The notes beneath the pieces are model-generated. The model was not told the origin of the DNA. It saw only the letters and a list, made by a program, of their open reading frames with translations, and searched no databases. From positions 2,356,001-2,400,900 of the forward strand of contig JASVEC010000002.1 of NCBI GenBank assembly GCA_030770535.1: a stretch of 44,900 nt of DNA, written 5' to 3'. This DNA comes from Batkoa obscura (taxonomy: Eukaryota). This document shows positions 1-11,758 of the stretch, one piece after another (within the stretch, counting starts at the first letter, position 1; each line of letters starts with the position of its first letter). A program made the translations under genes and the position numbers.

Positions 1-1005
1 ATTTGATAGAGAGCTATAGCTTATGACAATTACTTATAATACTTTTATTTCATTTCTACAGAACTCTTTAAATAAGCTGTTTTTATGACAAAGAAGTTAT
101 AAAATATTAGATCTATAACAGTATTTATTTGAATGAAACATATAATATAAGTTCTTGGAGAACCTGTCTAAATAGATAATAAATGATTGTATTTATTTAT
201 CCATTTTTTATTTTGCACAAAATTTAAAAAAATTGGTTAATACAAATCTAGAAAAACATTCGAGATTTTTAAATTTTTAAAATACTGCTAGTAGCTTGAA
301 CAACTTATTTAACCACATGTTTTGATGTCTATACAAGATACGGTATAAAGTTAATATTTGTTTAAACTTTCATTTTGACTATGTAGAATAGGTAAAATAT
401 TCAATAGCTTTTAACCAGACATAATAATGAAAATAGATTTAAAAAATTAATCTTTTAGCTTTTTTATAAACATTTTTATGCCAATTCATTAAGATGCTGT
501 AGAATGCTAAATAATGTTTAAACTCGAACTTTTATTTTAACATGTTAAATTTTTTAGATCACATGAAAAATATATATTAAACTTAATAGCTTGAAAAATT
601 GTCCAAGGTTTTTAAATAAAAGTTATTTAAACCTAGTTATATATTTTTAAATATCTTTATACTTATTTCTAGTGTTTTTTTATAAAGTCCATATATATAT
701 ATGTTGATTAAGGGGAGAAACAGAAAATAGTATTATTTTCACAGAAGGCAGTGGACTTGTTCACTATAGGATGGCTAAAGCTTTTAAAAAGTTGAGTCAA
801 GTAGCGCAAGGTGGGAATCGTTGATGTACATCATACTTACTAGAGAGAACCAACTTTAGTAAATGTCAGCTTTAAGTGAAAAGAGATATTATTTTGAAAA
901 AATACAACCCAAATTATTTATACAAAAGACTCCTTTGTTGGAAATCAAAAACTGTTTTTATGTTTAATTTTTCTCACTACTATTATTAATTACTATTACA
1001 TACAG

Positions 1006-1216
1006 GTAAGTAAAAGTTTGATTAAAATCAAGGATAAGATTTTCCCATTTCATTTTTTTTAGCCACTTACTGTATAACATAATAAATACTGAATAAAAAA
1101 CGTCCAAACGGAATTATTTTAAAATTAAGCAAAAAAGTAAAAAAAATTGCAACACTTAGCGTTTAATTCATAATATTTGCTAAGTACCTAATTAAACAAA
1201 AACTGAACTAAGCTTT
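1006..1216 (+). repeat. 211-bp dispersed repeat, copy 1 (possible second MITE family)
   Basis: Matches 6298-6508 with about one mismatch; a diverged inverted copy lies at ~30207-30428. Confidence 0.9.
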
Positions 1217-1704
1217 CAGGCTAATTCATATATAATTTGAAATTACGTTATGGTCAACTTTTTTAATATATGAGGCTGTCTTAATTGGTTTCAGAATCTA
1301 CTTAGAAATTAATCCAAATTTAAAATTTAAAGCTTGTGTCCAATGTAACGGTTAAATCTAAAAAGCCTAAAATTAAATATCTCTATTTAAAACTTATTTT
1401 GATTGTTTTCTTTTCTTAAATAGCTAATTTTCCTAATTATATAAATACACTTATTTGACTTTGTTTTTTGTTGAAATAAAAATAAAATGCAAACTTTCAT
1501 AACTAAACTTCGAAATATAATTTTTGAAAATTTCAATACAATAGGGAGGAGTACATAATATAAACATTGTAATTCATTTACATGAATTTTGAGAGATACT
1601 TATAACAACCCAAGGCTTATGTAATTTTATAACAAAACAAAACAAAACAAAGAAAAGATATATTACCAAAGTTTACTATCGATAATAATAAACTTAATCA
1701 AGTA

Positions 1705-3112
1705 ATGTACAAAATTAGTGCTTTAAGGGAAACAGGAAATAAAAATCAGCAAGTAGCGTTATTATCAACTATAGCTTCAGTATATTCTTTTGATGAATGT
1801 AAGAGTTTTGGGTTTAATATAAACAGAAATCAATATAATTATTCAAAAATAAGTAATAATAGTAGTAAAATATCAACATTTACAACCTATTATTAAAAAT
1901 ATAAAAAAAATTAAAGATGACCAAATTGAAACTATCATACAATATTTACTAAATGATTCAACTATTTCATCAAGATTTAATAAAAAAAATAATGATAGTA
2001 AATATTCATCAGATAATATATATCTTAAATAAAAGTAGAAGAATGATATACAGTAAATATTTTAATGATCTAAGAAATAAAGCGGTAGCTAGGTCAACAT
2101 TTTTTAAATATATACCAAGTAATTTCAAAAATCCAGCAAGAAAAACAGATCTATGGAATATATCTGCCCAGTATACAGTTAGAAAAAAGTTATTCGAAAA
2201 TAAAATAAACACAGCAATAAAAAACAAAGCAGAGATAGAAGAAATTTTCAATGAAGAAGAAAAGCTATACAAATTACATAAATTCTGTGTTGATACTCAA
2301 AAAAACACATTTAATGAAACTATCAAAAAATTAAATAATAAAAGTTGTATAATAATTTTAGATTTTAAACAAAATATGGAAATAGGAACAAGACCAGATT
2401 CAATAAACCTAGATCATTATAATAAACAAGCTATATCAGTATTAGGTTTTGGTGTTTTATATTTAAAAGATGATAAAACAATAGGCAAAGTTTACTTTGA
2501 TTATTTATCTGAGATATTGAATCATGATTCAGCATATGGGAGTGTTTTTTTTTGGCTTCATTACTTTTTCCATCTTTTAAGCACTATTTAAGTAGAAAGA
2601 TTGTTAGTAAAATTCTTAAACACAAAAATACATCCCCATATGCAGGAGATTGTTTAATCAATTTGATTTCTACAGAGCTTCTATTTAAAAAGTTTACAAA
2701 AATTAATATATGGGCAGATATAGGAAATCATTTTAGATCCCAAGAGCTTCTACACTATATGTTTAAAGAAATTCATAAAATAAATAGTAGTTTGAATGTT
2801 AATCTTAATTTTTTTGCTGAGCATCATGGAAAAAGTATAGTTGGTGGACATTTTGGAAACCTTTCAAAATGGAAAAGTAGTTTTGAAGCGTTAGATAAAA
2901 TAGAAGACATTAATCAATTAATTTCAAGATCTGAGACTTTTATTTGCGAGCATAACAAAATTAATAACTCGACTGTTAGCAATAGGAAAACAAATATAAT
3001 TTTTGAAAAGTATGAAAGAAACAAAAATACAAAAAGAATAATAGAGATGCTTAAACATAACAATAAACTACATTGTTATCCAATATCTGATACATCAAAA
3101 GAAGCGATATAG
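1705..3112 (+). pseudogene. Sola-like DDD transposase pseudogene (stop/frameshift near 1896-1990, MITE insertion at 2538-2637)
   Basis: Motifs RSTFFKYIP..KTDL, IILDFKQN, LNHDS, IWADIGNHFRS, FFAEHHGKSIVGGHFG resemble Sola transposases; the third catalytic Asp appears changed to Gly; removing the MITE joins ORF 1953 and ORF 2552 in frame (NHDSAY-AGDCL). Confidence 0.72.
2538..2637 (+). mobile_element. ~100-bp MITE inserted in the transposase
   Basis: GGGAGTGT..ACATCCCC termini, ATAT on both sides; excision restores the reading frame. Confidence 0.92.
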
Positions 3113-3739
3113 TTCCAATTAAAGTTATAGAGTCTATAGAAAACAGAAAAATTAAAAGATCGATCCCAGCTTACCTTACGAAGATAGCAGAGAATTTAAA
3201 AATTTCGATATTTACTAAGCAAGCAAGTGGTTTGTTAAATGATACAAATAGCTTATTAAATTTTAACATTACTTAAGTTATTAATAGCTAAGTTGATAAA
3301 TAGTCAAAGAATAAGTAACTGTAATAATATGTAAAAACTATTATTACTTGTACTATATAGAGATGGTTAATTATAGTTTTGGGGCTAACCACTCCCTCCT
3401 ATGCAGCTATTTATTAACTTGGTAATATATTAATAATGTAATTATAACATTAAAATAGTTTATTTATTTGATAACAAATCTCCAATGTTGGTTATAAAGC
3501 AGTTGATAATAAATATTTCTCAATAAAGTTTTATAACAATATGTATTTAAGATCTAGAATTTCAACTAACTTACAGTATGAACTATAATAGAATGATTTA
3601 GAACTATGTCCGGGTACTTTTGTTTTAATAAAAGATTTGATTTTATAGAATTTTAAGCGAAGTTTTTAAAATACAAAATTTTTCAAAAATTGGATAAAAT
3701 AATGAAACTAATTTCGACAACCCCATATCTTTGTTTATT

Positions 3740-3837
3740 GGGGATGTATTTTTGTGTTTAAGAATTTTGCTAATAATTTTTCCGCTCAAATAATGCTTAA
3801 AAGATAAAAAAAGTAATGAAGCCAAAAAAACACTCCT
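3740..3837 (-). mobile_element. MITE copy
   Basis: Reverse complement of the MITE consensus. Confidence 0.88.
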
Positions 3838-4315
3838 ATATATTGGAAATACACAAGCATCATGGTTAAGTGAAGTTTAAATTGTATAATTATATTAAAT
3901 ATGTTTGTTTATATTAGCATAGTTTTTAAAAACTGTACATTAACTTTAAGTATAGATAAAATATATATCATTCAAGGCTTATTACTATATAATAATATGC
4001 CTCTGATAGAAAAACCAACATAAAAAATCAATTTAATTAACTAATTCCGCTTTAAACATTTAAATCAGAATTCATTACATAAAAGGGCTTAATATAGTAA
4101 AACAAACAGTATTAAAAGGTTGCTTGTTAGGCTATACAGTATTAAGATAATTTTATAAAAATTTGATGTTATAAACATATTCTATGTATTACAATAGATA
4201 GTATGTAACATATAAGTTTATGATTTTTGTAGGTTCTATTTCAAATTTAACATTAAATTTAATATGGTTTTATTAAGTTCTGATTTGATAGTAAGCTTTA
4301 AGAACATAAATATAT

Positions 4316-4413
4316 AGGAATATATTTTTGTGTTTAAGAATTTTACTAACAAATTTTCCATTCAAACAGTGCTTAAAAGATGGAAAAAGTGATGAAGCCA
4401 AAAAAACATCCTC
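4316..4413 (-). mobile_element. MITE copy
   Basis: Reverse complement of the MITE consensus, ATAT flanks. Confidence 0.88.
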
Positions 4414-4740
4414 ATATACTTAGGTTAAATTATATCGCATCATTTAAATAAGCAACATCACATCAATGAATATTCATAACTCATGTATTACAGGTGTAAA
4501 GTTTTATTAAATATTGAGTTATTAAAGCTTGGCTGAATCTATCAAAAATTAATTAACTTCTGGGTTTTATTTTTCACTTTAGCAAAATATGCTCAAAAGT
4601 TCCATAAATCAAGGACAATTAATATATTGGCAAAACAAAAAAACTATATTAAGAAAAAAAAGATTCTTAGATTCATTAAAATTAATATTATGTTTAACTC
4701 TAGCAACCATAGATGATAATAATTCCATAAATCAAAAAGG

Positions 4741-4748
4741 TATAAAAG
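4741..4748 (+). promoter_or_regulatory. TATA-box candidate for the LPMO gene
   Basis: TATAAAAG 100 nt upstream of ATG 4841. Confidence 0.4.
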
Positions 4749-4840
4749 AGGCGTATGTAAATTAAAAAATGAACAAAAACTTTACTAAGACTTTTGACAA
4801 GTACTTTAATACCAAATTGATACAAATTCAAATAACTAAT

Positions 4841-5776
4841 ATGATTTCAAACAAACTATCTGCCATTTTATTTTTCCTTGGTGCTGTGCATCAAGTTACT
4901 TCTCATATGGAAATGACTAACCCTCCTCCAAGAAAATCTAAACATAACAAAAATTATCCTGAATCCGAATTTGATTATTCTTATACTTCGCCACTTGGTG
5001 CCGAGCGCCCATATCCTTGCCGTGGTTATATTAAAGGCCCATCATCCTATGATGTTAATGCTGGGGAAACTGTTCCTGTACAAATTTCTGGCGGCGCTAT
5101 GCATAATGGTGGCCATTGTCAATTTTCAGTATCCTACAATGACAGAGACTGGGTAGTATTGAAGAGTGTTTATGGAGATTGTTTAACTGGTGGATTAAAC
5201 TATGATATACCTATCCCAGCTAATGCTCCAAGCGGACCTGTAACATTTGCATGGGGTTGGATCAATAGATCTGGTAATCGTGAATATTACATGAATTGTG
5301 CTGATATTACGATCAAGAATGGTAAAGAAGGAGGAAGTATCACTGGACATGTACCAACCATAGCTAACATTGATGGTTATGAAATTTTCCCAGAAGGTTT
5401 TGCTAATGATTATAAAAAATCTGAAATGGAATCTACTCCATCTAAAACCATTTCACCAAGTGGCTCTCAAGATACCGGATCTACCAATCCTGGTAAAGAA
5501 AAGCCAGAAAAGGGTGAACCAGAAAAAGAAGAGCCAGAAAAGGGTGAATCAGAAAAAGAAGAGCCAGAAAAAAAAGAGCCAGCCCCACCTGCTAAAGAAA
5601 CTAAACCTACTAAACCCGGAAAACCTGGTAAGGGTGAATGCACTAAACATGGATTACAACGTTGTCATAAAAACAATTTAGAAATCTGTCTAAATGGTAG
5701 AATCTTAACACAAATTTGTCCTCATGGTTCAAAATGCAAACCTTACAATGGTGCATTTGCTTGTTTAACATTTTAA
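4841..5776 (+). CDS. Secreted AA11-like lytic polysaccharide monooxygenase (chitin-active) with EKPEK repeat linker and C-terminal Cys-rich (CBM19-like) module; intronless
   Basis: Signal peptide MISNKLSAILFFLGAVHQVTS followed by N-terminal His (HMEMTNPPPR); motifs YPCRGY, HNGGHCQFS, NREYYMNCADI; C-terminal CTKHGLQRC..C..CP.G..C. Confidence 0.88.
   Translation: MISNKLSAILFFLGAVHQVTSHMEMTNPPPRKSKHNKNYPESEFDYSYTSPLGAERPYPCRGYIKGPSSYDVNAGETVPVQISGGAMHNGGHCQFSVSYNDRDWVVLKSVYGDCLTGGLNYDIPIPANAPSGPVTFAWGWINRSGNREYYMNCADITIKNGKEGGSITGHVPTIANIDGYEIFPEGFANDYKKSEMESTPSKTISPSGSQDTGSTNPGKEKPEKGEPEKEEPEKGESEKEEPEKKEPAPPAKETKPTKPGKPGKGECTKHGLQRCHKNNLEICLNGRILTQICPHGSKCKPYNGAFACLTF
5498..5581 (+). repeat. 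Coding minisatellite (15/30-bp units, EEPEKGEPEK)
   Basis: Repeated GAGCCAGAAAAGGGTGAA(C/T)CAGAAAAAGAA units in the linker. Confidence 0.8.
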
Positions 5777-6150
5777 TTCAATATTTGTTTAATAAAATAT
5801 CAATATTTGGAAACACTTTTATTTTTTGTTACTTTGTTTTATTAATAGCAATTTATAATAATTCAAAAATTCGTTAGATATATGACTATAATAAGCTTAA
5901 TTTAATAGTTACAATTATTGTGGCACAGTACACAAAAATCTACTACTTTTTCTCACTATAATCATCATAAAATCTATGTGAAGGATATTAGGTCATATTA
6001 AGTTAAATATAACTTTATGAGAGGCATAATTTTGAGCGTATACATCAGCTATCTTCGTATCAACCTTTCGGGAACCGATTTTTTACTTCCAAGCTAAATA
6101 TAATTTTATGCTTTTATGATGTGTATAGAAATGATAATTTTTGAGCATAT

Positions 6151-6248
6151 GGGGCTGTTTTTTTTTATTTCATTATTTTTCCGTTTTTTAAGCACTATTT
6201 GAGTGGAAAATTTGTTAGTAAAATTCTTAAACACAAAAATACATCCTC
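6151..6248 (+). mobile_element. MITE copy (near-identical to 18691-18787)
   Basis: Consensus match, ATAT flanks. Confidence 0.9.
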
Positions 6249-6297
6249 ATATCATGTACATAACTTAATGGTATTTCTAAATGCATATTTAATATGT

Positions 6298-6508
6298 GTA
6301 AGTAAAAGTTTGATTAAAATCAAGGATAAGATTTTCCCATTTCATTTTTTTTAGCCACTTACTGTATAACATAATAAATACTGAATAAAAAACGTCCAAA
6401 CGGAATTATTTTAAAATTAAGCAAAAAAGTAAAAAAAATTGCAACACTTAGCGTTTAATTCATAATATTTGCTAAGTACCTAATTAAACAAAAACTGAAC
6501 CAAGCTTT
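6298..6508 (+). repeat. 211-bp dispersed repeat, copy 2
   Basis: Direct repeat of 1006-1216. Confidence 0.9.
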
Positions 6509-6954
6509 TAAACTAACTTGTGCTTAATTCTTTTGTATTAGGATAAGCTTATGACATGTGAGTAAAATTGTTCAAATGCTTTCAAAGTTTAGCTTATAAC
6601 TGCTAATATTAAACAATTATTGAGCTTTATATTAGATGAACCTAAGATTCTTAGTATATAATTTAAGCTGCATTGGAAGCATACTAAGCAAATGTTGATA
6701 AAAGTCAAGGTAAAGTATATGCACCTGTAGCTAAAAGAATCAAAACATTTAGATGACTTTAGTTGCAAGTGTAAGCTAAAAGTTTACATAAATGTGTACA
6801 GGTTTTAGTTGTTGAAATTCTTTTGGGAGTAAAATAGCCAATTATTATCAAACTAACTAAAATTAGATGGCCAATTAATATTCAATATTTAGCTGGGGAT
6901 TTTAAACAAAAAATAAACTACTTTATCAAAGGTTCATCACTAATTAATAAAATA

Positions 6955-8542
6955 ATGAGTTTTAGATCAGAGGTATAAAACAATTAAACATTATAATACT
7001 AGAATTAAAATATTATTATATAGGACTTATCCTCAAAATATTTTAAATATGATGATGATATAGACGACTCAATGAACGTAGCATTAGTTGTAAAAACAGC
7101 TAAACCCAAAGTGAATATAGTTGAAAAAATAGTGGCCCCAATTGATCCAAGACCCCTAAGAAGTATTGATAAAATAAAGTTGGAAGAAACCGATTTTTTA
7201 CTAAAGTTTAATAATCGAAGATTAGATATTCAAGAAGCAGTTTGTAACTGGAATAAATTAGAACTAAATTTGGAATTTAAATTGATCTTGAAAACTAATG
7301 AGGTAAACTTATAAACTTGTTTTATATAATATATATATATATTAATTTTAGTTTGAAATAGAATTTGACCGATATTAAGTTAACAAAAAGAAATTATAAA
7401 CAATTACAAAGTTTAAACCAGAAACTTCATAATGTATGCGTAGATAATATAATTTATAAAGTACCTGAACCATTGATACTTAAAAAAGCTAAAGGACTAG
7501 ATGAAGAAAAGCAGCTTTTAAATATAAAACTAGCGGAAATAAAGAGGTATTTAAATTGGATAATTGAGCATCCTCAAATAAAGAGGTTGAGTATAGTGAA
7601 GGAATTCTTAGATAGCGAAAGCACGGTAATTTAGATTAATTTTACAATATTCATAAATATTTATATATAGTTTAACGAAGAAACACTATCTAACGGAAAT
7701 AATATACTAAAGAGGTTAAGCTTACTTCCTCGTACTTTATTACTACAACAACATTTTGAGAGGGGTTTTAGAATATATCGTGCAATGGAAATTTTTAAAG
7801 AAGTAAAATAATGGTAGAATTTAAACAAAAACATAACTTAAAATTTTAGAATGATCATGATGAATTCCAAAGGCGAAAAAGTTATTTAATTACATTAGAA
7901 GATAGTTATTCAGAATTATTGAATGGTATAGATAGACTTAGCAGTGGAAGGAGAGATATAGGGATAAGGTTATCTCATTTGGGTGATGCGTGTTTATCCT
8001 GTTTGGACTCTAAATATAAAATAGGACCCTTCATAAAATGTGAAGAAAGAAGGATGTTTAAAAAGTTCGATAAAAATTTAAACTGCTTAGCAATATTAAC
8101 AGATGATATAAAAGTATTAATAAATATTCAGGCTAATATTGAGGAATTACAAATCAAACATTTAGTAGATGAATATTTGCATATTATCAGCTCACTAAAG
8201 GGATTAATGAATATAAGAACAGAGCGTCTATTAAACCTGAAAAATATATGTCAGATTTATGATAAGTCAAAGGCATATTATAATAGAAATTTAACTGAAA
8301 CGGAAGATGAAAACCGAGACGACAAGGAATTAATCTCAAAACAAGAATTGGAAAAAGCAGAGGCACAGTTTGAACAAAGTCAATTAAATTTAACACAGGA
8401 ATTTATTCACTTTGAGAAATATAAAGTTGAAAATCTAATGAAAACATTGGTGGAATATACCAATTTACAATTGAAGGTAGAAGTGCATCATTTGGAAATA
8501 TTGAATGAAGGCTATAAGCAATTTAAAGCCGATAAATCTTAA
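6955..8542 (+). CDS. PX-BAR sorting nexin (Vps17/Vps5-like), 5 exons
   Basis: GT-AG introns join MSFRSE/DLSS.., a PX-like segment (KRNYKQLQSLNQKL..KVPEP..YLNWIIEHP..VKEFL) and a C-terminal helical BAR-like region. Confidence 0.65.
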
Positions 8543-8811
8543 TCTTAATTTTAATTAAATTCTTCATTATATTGAGATTAATAAAATGAAAAATTATATT
8601 TATTATTTAATACTAAAAGTTGTATTTTATTTATATTTTATTTGTTATATTTCATGTTGTATTTCTAGTTTTAGTTCTAATACTAATTTATATTCATATT
8701 TAAGTTTTACTATTCAAATATCTTCAATTGTTTTTAATTTTAAGTAATTTTTAATGATCTTCATAGAAAACTTTGTTATTTCCTATGATCGATTATTATG
8801 AATAAATATTT

Positions 8812-8905
8812 AGGGATGTCTGTTTTTTAAGAAATTTACCAACATTTTCCGCTCAATAAATAGCACTTAAAAAAGGAAAAGGTGACAAAACTAGAAAATA
8901 TCTAT
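8812..8905 (-). mobile_element. Degenerate MITE copy
   Basis: AGGGATGT..TTAAGAAATTTACCAACATTTTCCGCTCAA..TAGCACTTAAAAAAGGAAAAGG. Confidence 0.7.
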
Positions 8906-9537
8906 TTGTATTGATAGTATTAAAATTAATATATTTATAAACACATAATTCGTCAAGTAGGTTAATCTTTTTTAAGTATTACTACATGTTTAATAGTTAT
9001 GAGTTGCTATAAAAATATACCTTATTTAAAAATAAGCATATGTGTTACTTTCCTTTTAAATTTTAATAGAATGGAATTTGTATTAAACCTATTTATCAGA
9101 ATTAATACAAGCTAATGACTAATTGATCTATTTAGTATAAATCCAAATAAATAAGAGGTAATTTATAGGATTTAAAAGATATATCAGATCAAATGGTATG
9201 TGATCATGAGGCAGGGATTAAGAGGTATTTTGTCTATTTGTAATAAAAACTTTAGCTAATGAATTTAATTACTTTTACGCTATAAAATATATAATATAAT
9301 ACTGTATACCGGAGAATTTTTAAATGATGTCAAAAGAAAGGAAATAATAAATGAATGACTTGTCATACAATTTGTGTTAAAAAGTTGTTTGTTGAAATAC
9401 CCAACTTGAGAATTTTATTTTATTTAAAGAAAAACAAGATAATAACATTTAAAAAATGTGGAGAAATTTAGTATATAAATGAGGAAACAATGAAATATAA
9501 TAGCTATAGTCAATTTGTTTTTTTAGATTTAATATAA

Positions 9538-10707
9538 ATGGCAAACGAATCCCAAACCAAAGCCCAAGCAGAAGATAAAGTAATAAGTGAAATCGAAACT
9601 GAGAGCGAAAGGAAAAATGAGGCAAATAAAGGAATTGAAGTTGAAGAAGCATTAAGTAAAAACATAAAATTGAATAGTTTATTAGATAAAATAGCTGAGA
9701 ATAACGCAGAGGCTAAAGAAGGAAAACCATTACGTATATTGAGTATCGATGGTGGGGGTGTACGAGGCATCATACCTACAATGGTATTAAACTATATAGA
9801 AAAAAAAACCAAGAAGCCAATTAGTTCTCTATTTGATATTATTACAGGGACTTCCACTGGAGCTTTATTAGGTGTCGTTTTAAACATTCCTAATGAAAAA
9901 GGAAGCAAAGTACCTAAATACAATACTGATGATGCCTTAAATCTATACATGAAAGAATGTCCTGCTTTATTTCAAACTAATTTTTTGATCAATCTAAAAA
10001 ATTTATGGGGTTTAAGAAGCGCACGCTATTCGAGTACAAGTAAGAGAGATTTGATCAATCGCTATTGCCAAGATTTAAGAATCAATGATTGTTTGAGTGA
10101 CATTATCATCCCAGCATTTGATATCCGCGAAGGGAAACCTTATTTCTTTAAATCTAAAAATGCAGAGTATCATGATAAATACAACTACAAATTAGCAGAT
10201 GTATTAGATGCTACTTCCGCTGCTCCCACTTATTTTAAGCCTTGTAAGGTATCAAATCAAGATGAAAGTGAAGAAAGAGGCTATCGTTTATTTGTCGATG
10301 GTGCATTAACCGCCAATTGTCCAGCTTTATGTGCTTTAATTGACAGTATTAAAATGTATGGAAGGGTTCCTAATGATATTTTTATATTGTCTTTAGGTTG
10401 TGGTGATGCTGATATTGGTGTCGATGATACCACTGCAAGTAATTGGGGAGCATTAAATTGGGCACCTTACTTCCCTTCTGCATTGATTAACGGGTCTATG
10501 GATACTGTGTCTTATCAAATTGATGATTTATTAAATGACCCTAATTATTATAGGTTTCAAGTTAGAATTCCTTCAAAAAATGCTAATATTGATGATGCTT
10601 CTGCTAAGAACTTGGCTTGGTTAAAAGATTGTGGTATGAAATTCGTAAATGACAATACATCTAAATTAGATGAAGTTTGCGAAACATTATTAAATGGGTT
10701 TAAATAA
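9538..10707 (+). CDS. Patatin-like phospholipase, intronless
   Basis: DGGGVRG glycine loop, GTSTG nucleophile elbow, ATSAAPTYF, catalytic DGA. Confidence 0.93.
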   Translation: MANESQTKAQAEDKVISEIETESERKNEANKGIEVEEALSKNIKLNSLLDKIAENNAEAKEGKPLRILSIDGGGVRGIIPTMVLNYIEKKTKKPISSLFDIITGTSTGALLGVVLNIPNEKGSKVPKYNTDDALNLYMKECPALFQTNFLINLKNLWGLRSARYSSTSKRDLINRYCQDLRINDCLSDIIIPAFDIREGKPYFFKSKNAEYHDKYNYKLADVLDATSAAPTYFKPCKVSNQDESEERGYRLFVDGALTANCPALCALIDSIKMYGRVPNDIFILSLGCGDADIGVDDTTASNWGALNWAPYFPSALINGSMDTVSYQIDDLLNDPNYYRFQVRIPSKNANIDDASAKNLAWLKDCGMKFVNDNTSKLDEVCETLLNGFK

Positions 10708-11120
10708 AATATATTAATATACGTATGTAATATACTTTGAAGCTATTATAGTAGATTATTCTTTTTTATTTTAACTATTTAATAAAGGCTAGTATAATAT
10801 TTTTTATGAACTTCATTTCGCTCAATATTATTTCAAAATATTTAAATCTAATCACACTTGCAAACTGCATTGAAATAATCACAGACACTTTGGTGCTATG
10901 CTAGGTTATTTAGCAAATAGCTCAATAGGTAGTATATTTTTTATAGTAAATATTTTTACTGAGATGCATGCTTAATCTTATACTACACGTGGTGAAAAAT
11001 TTATTTCAAAACAATTTCTAACATAGTAAGAGGAATAAACAAACATAAAAAACTTACTATTAAAACTTTAGAATTTAAGTTTGTAGAAAAAATAAATAAT
11101 AAAGCTTACTACCATCATAT

Positions 11121-11212
11121 GAAGATATTTTTTGGTTTCATTACTTTTTCCATTTTTAAGCGCTATTTGAGCGGAAAAATAGTAAAATTCTTAAGCACAA
11201 AAATATATTCCC
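11121..11212 (+). mobile_element. MITE copy
   Basis: Consensus match. Confidence 0.88.
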
Positions 11213-11353
11213 ATACATCAATATTATTAATATTACCAAAAATTAGTCACATCATTTGATAATAGTTAAAGTTATACATGTTTTTACATTACTAAAAAAA
11301 GTACTAGAAAGCTTAATTAAAAAATATACTACACCTAATAATAGTAAATATAT

Positions 11354-11552
11354 GGGGATGTATTTTTATGTTTAAGAATTTTACTAATAACTTTTCCACC
11401 AAATGGTACTTAAAAAATGGAAAAAGTAATGAAGCCAAAAATAACATCTCCATATAGGGCTGTTTTTTTAGTTTCATTATTTTTCCATTTTTTAAGCGCT
11501 ATTTGAGTGGAAAGATTGTAGTAAAATTCTTAAACAAAAAAAACACATCCCC
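11354..11552. mobile_element. Inverted pair of MITE copies (11354-11451 minus, 11456-11552 plus) sharing one ATAT
   Basis: Two consensus copies in opposite orientation separated only by ATAT. Confidence 0.9.
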
Positions 11553-11758
11553 ATTTATTATTTTTACTAAATTTATTTTCAAGTAAATCCGAGGCTAATT
11601 TCAATAGATCAAAGTGCTACTATGCATTTGAACTTTAGTTCAATATAATTACAAATGTTCTATTCTAAGCTTCAAATGGAAATTATGGTTAAACGAATAA
11701 TATAAAAACCAAGCAGGCTGAAAATAATAAAATTTTTTATTAAATAAAAATAATTTAA

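Larger units (their letters stand above)
1272..3724 (+). mobile_element. Degenerate Sola-like DNA transposon with terminal inverted repeats and ATAT TSD
   Basis: Left end ATAT|GAGGCTGTCTTAATTGGTTTCA; right end TGAAACTAATTTCGACAACCCC|ATAT (17/22 match as inverted repeat); encloses transposase fragments. Confidence 0.75.

Noticed and set aside
700..900. Relatively GC-rich stretch
   Set aside because: No recognisable protein motif or RNA structure in the frames I read
2552..2640. Recurring peptide MASLLFPSFKHYLS..KHKNTSP in ORFs at 2552, 3643, 31348, 41836 and 43903
   Set aside because: It is a translation of the MITE, not a gene family
4769..4840. Longer N-terminus of the LPMO in the ORF track
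   Set aside because: It would bury the signal peptide and begins only ~20 nt after the TATA candidate; ATG 4841 fits better
4971..5681. Alternative-frame ORFs inside the LPMO, including the KKSQKRVNQ repeat
   Set aside because: Shadow frames of the real gene and its minisatellite
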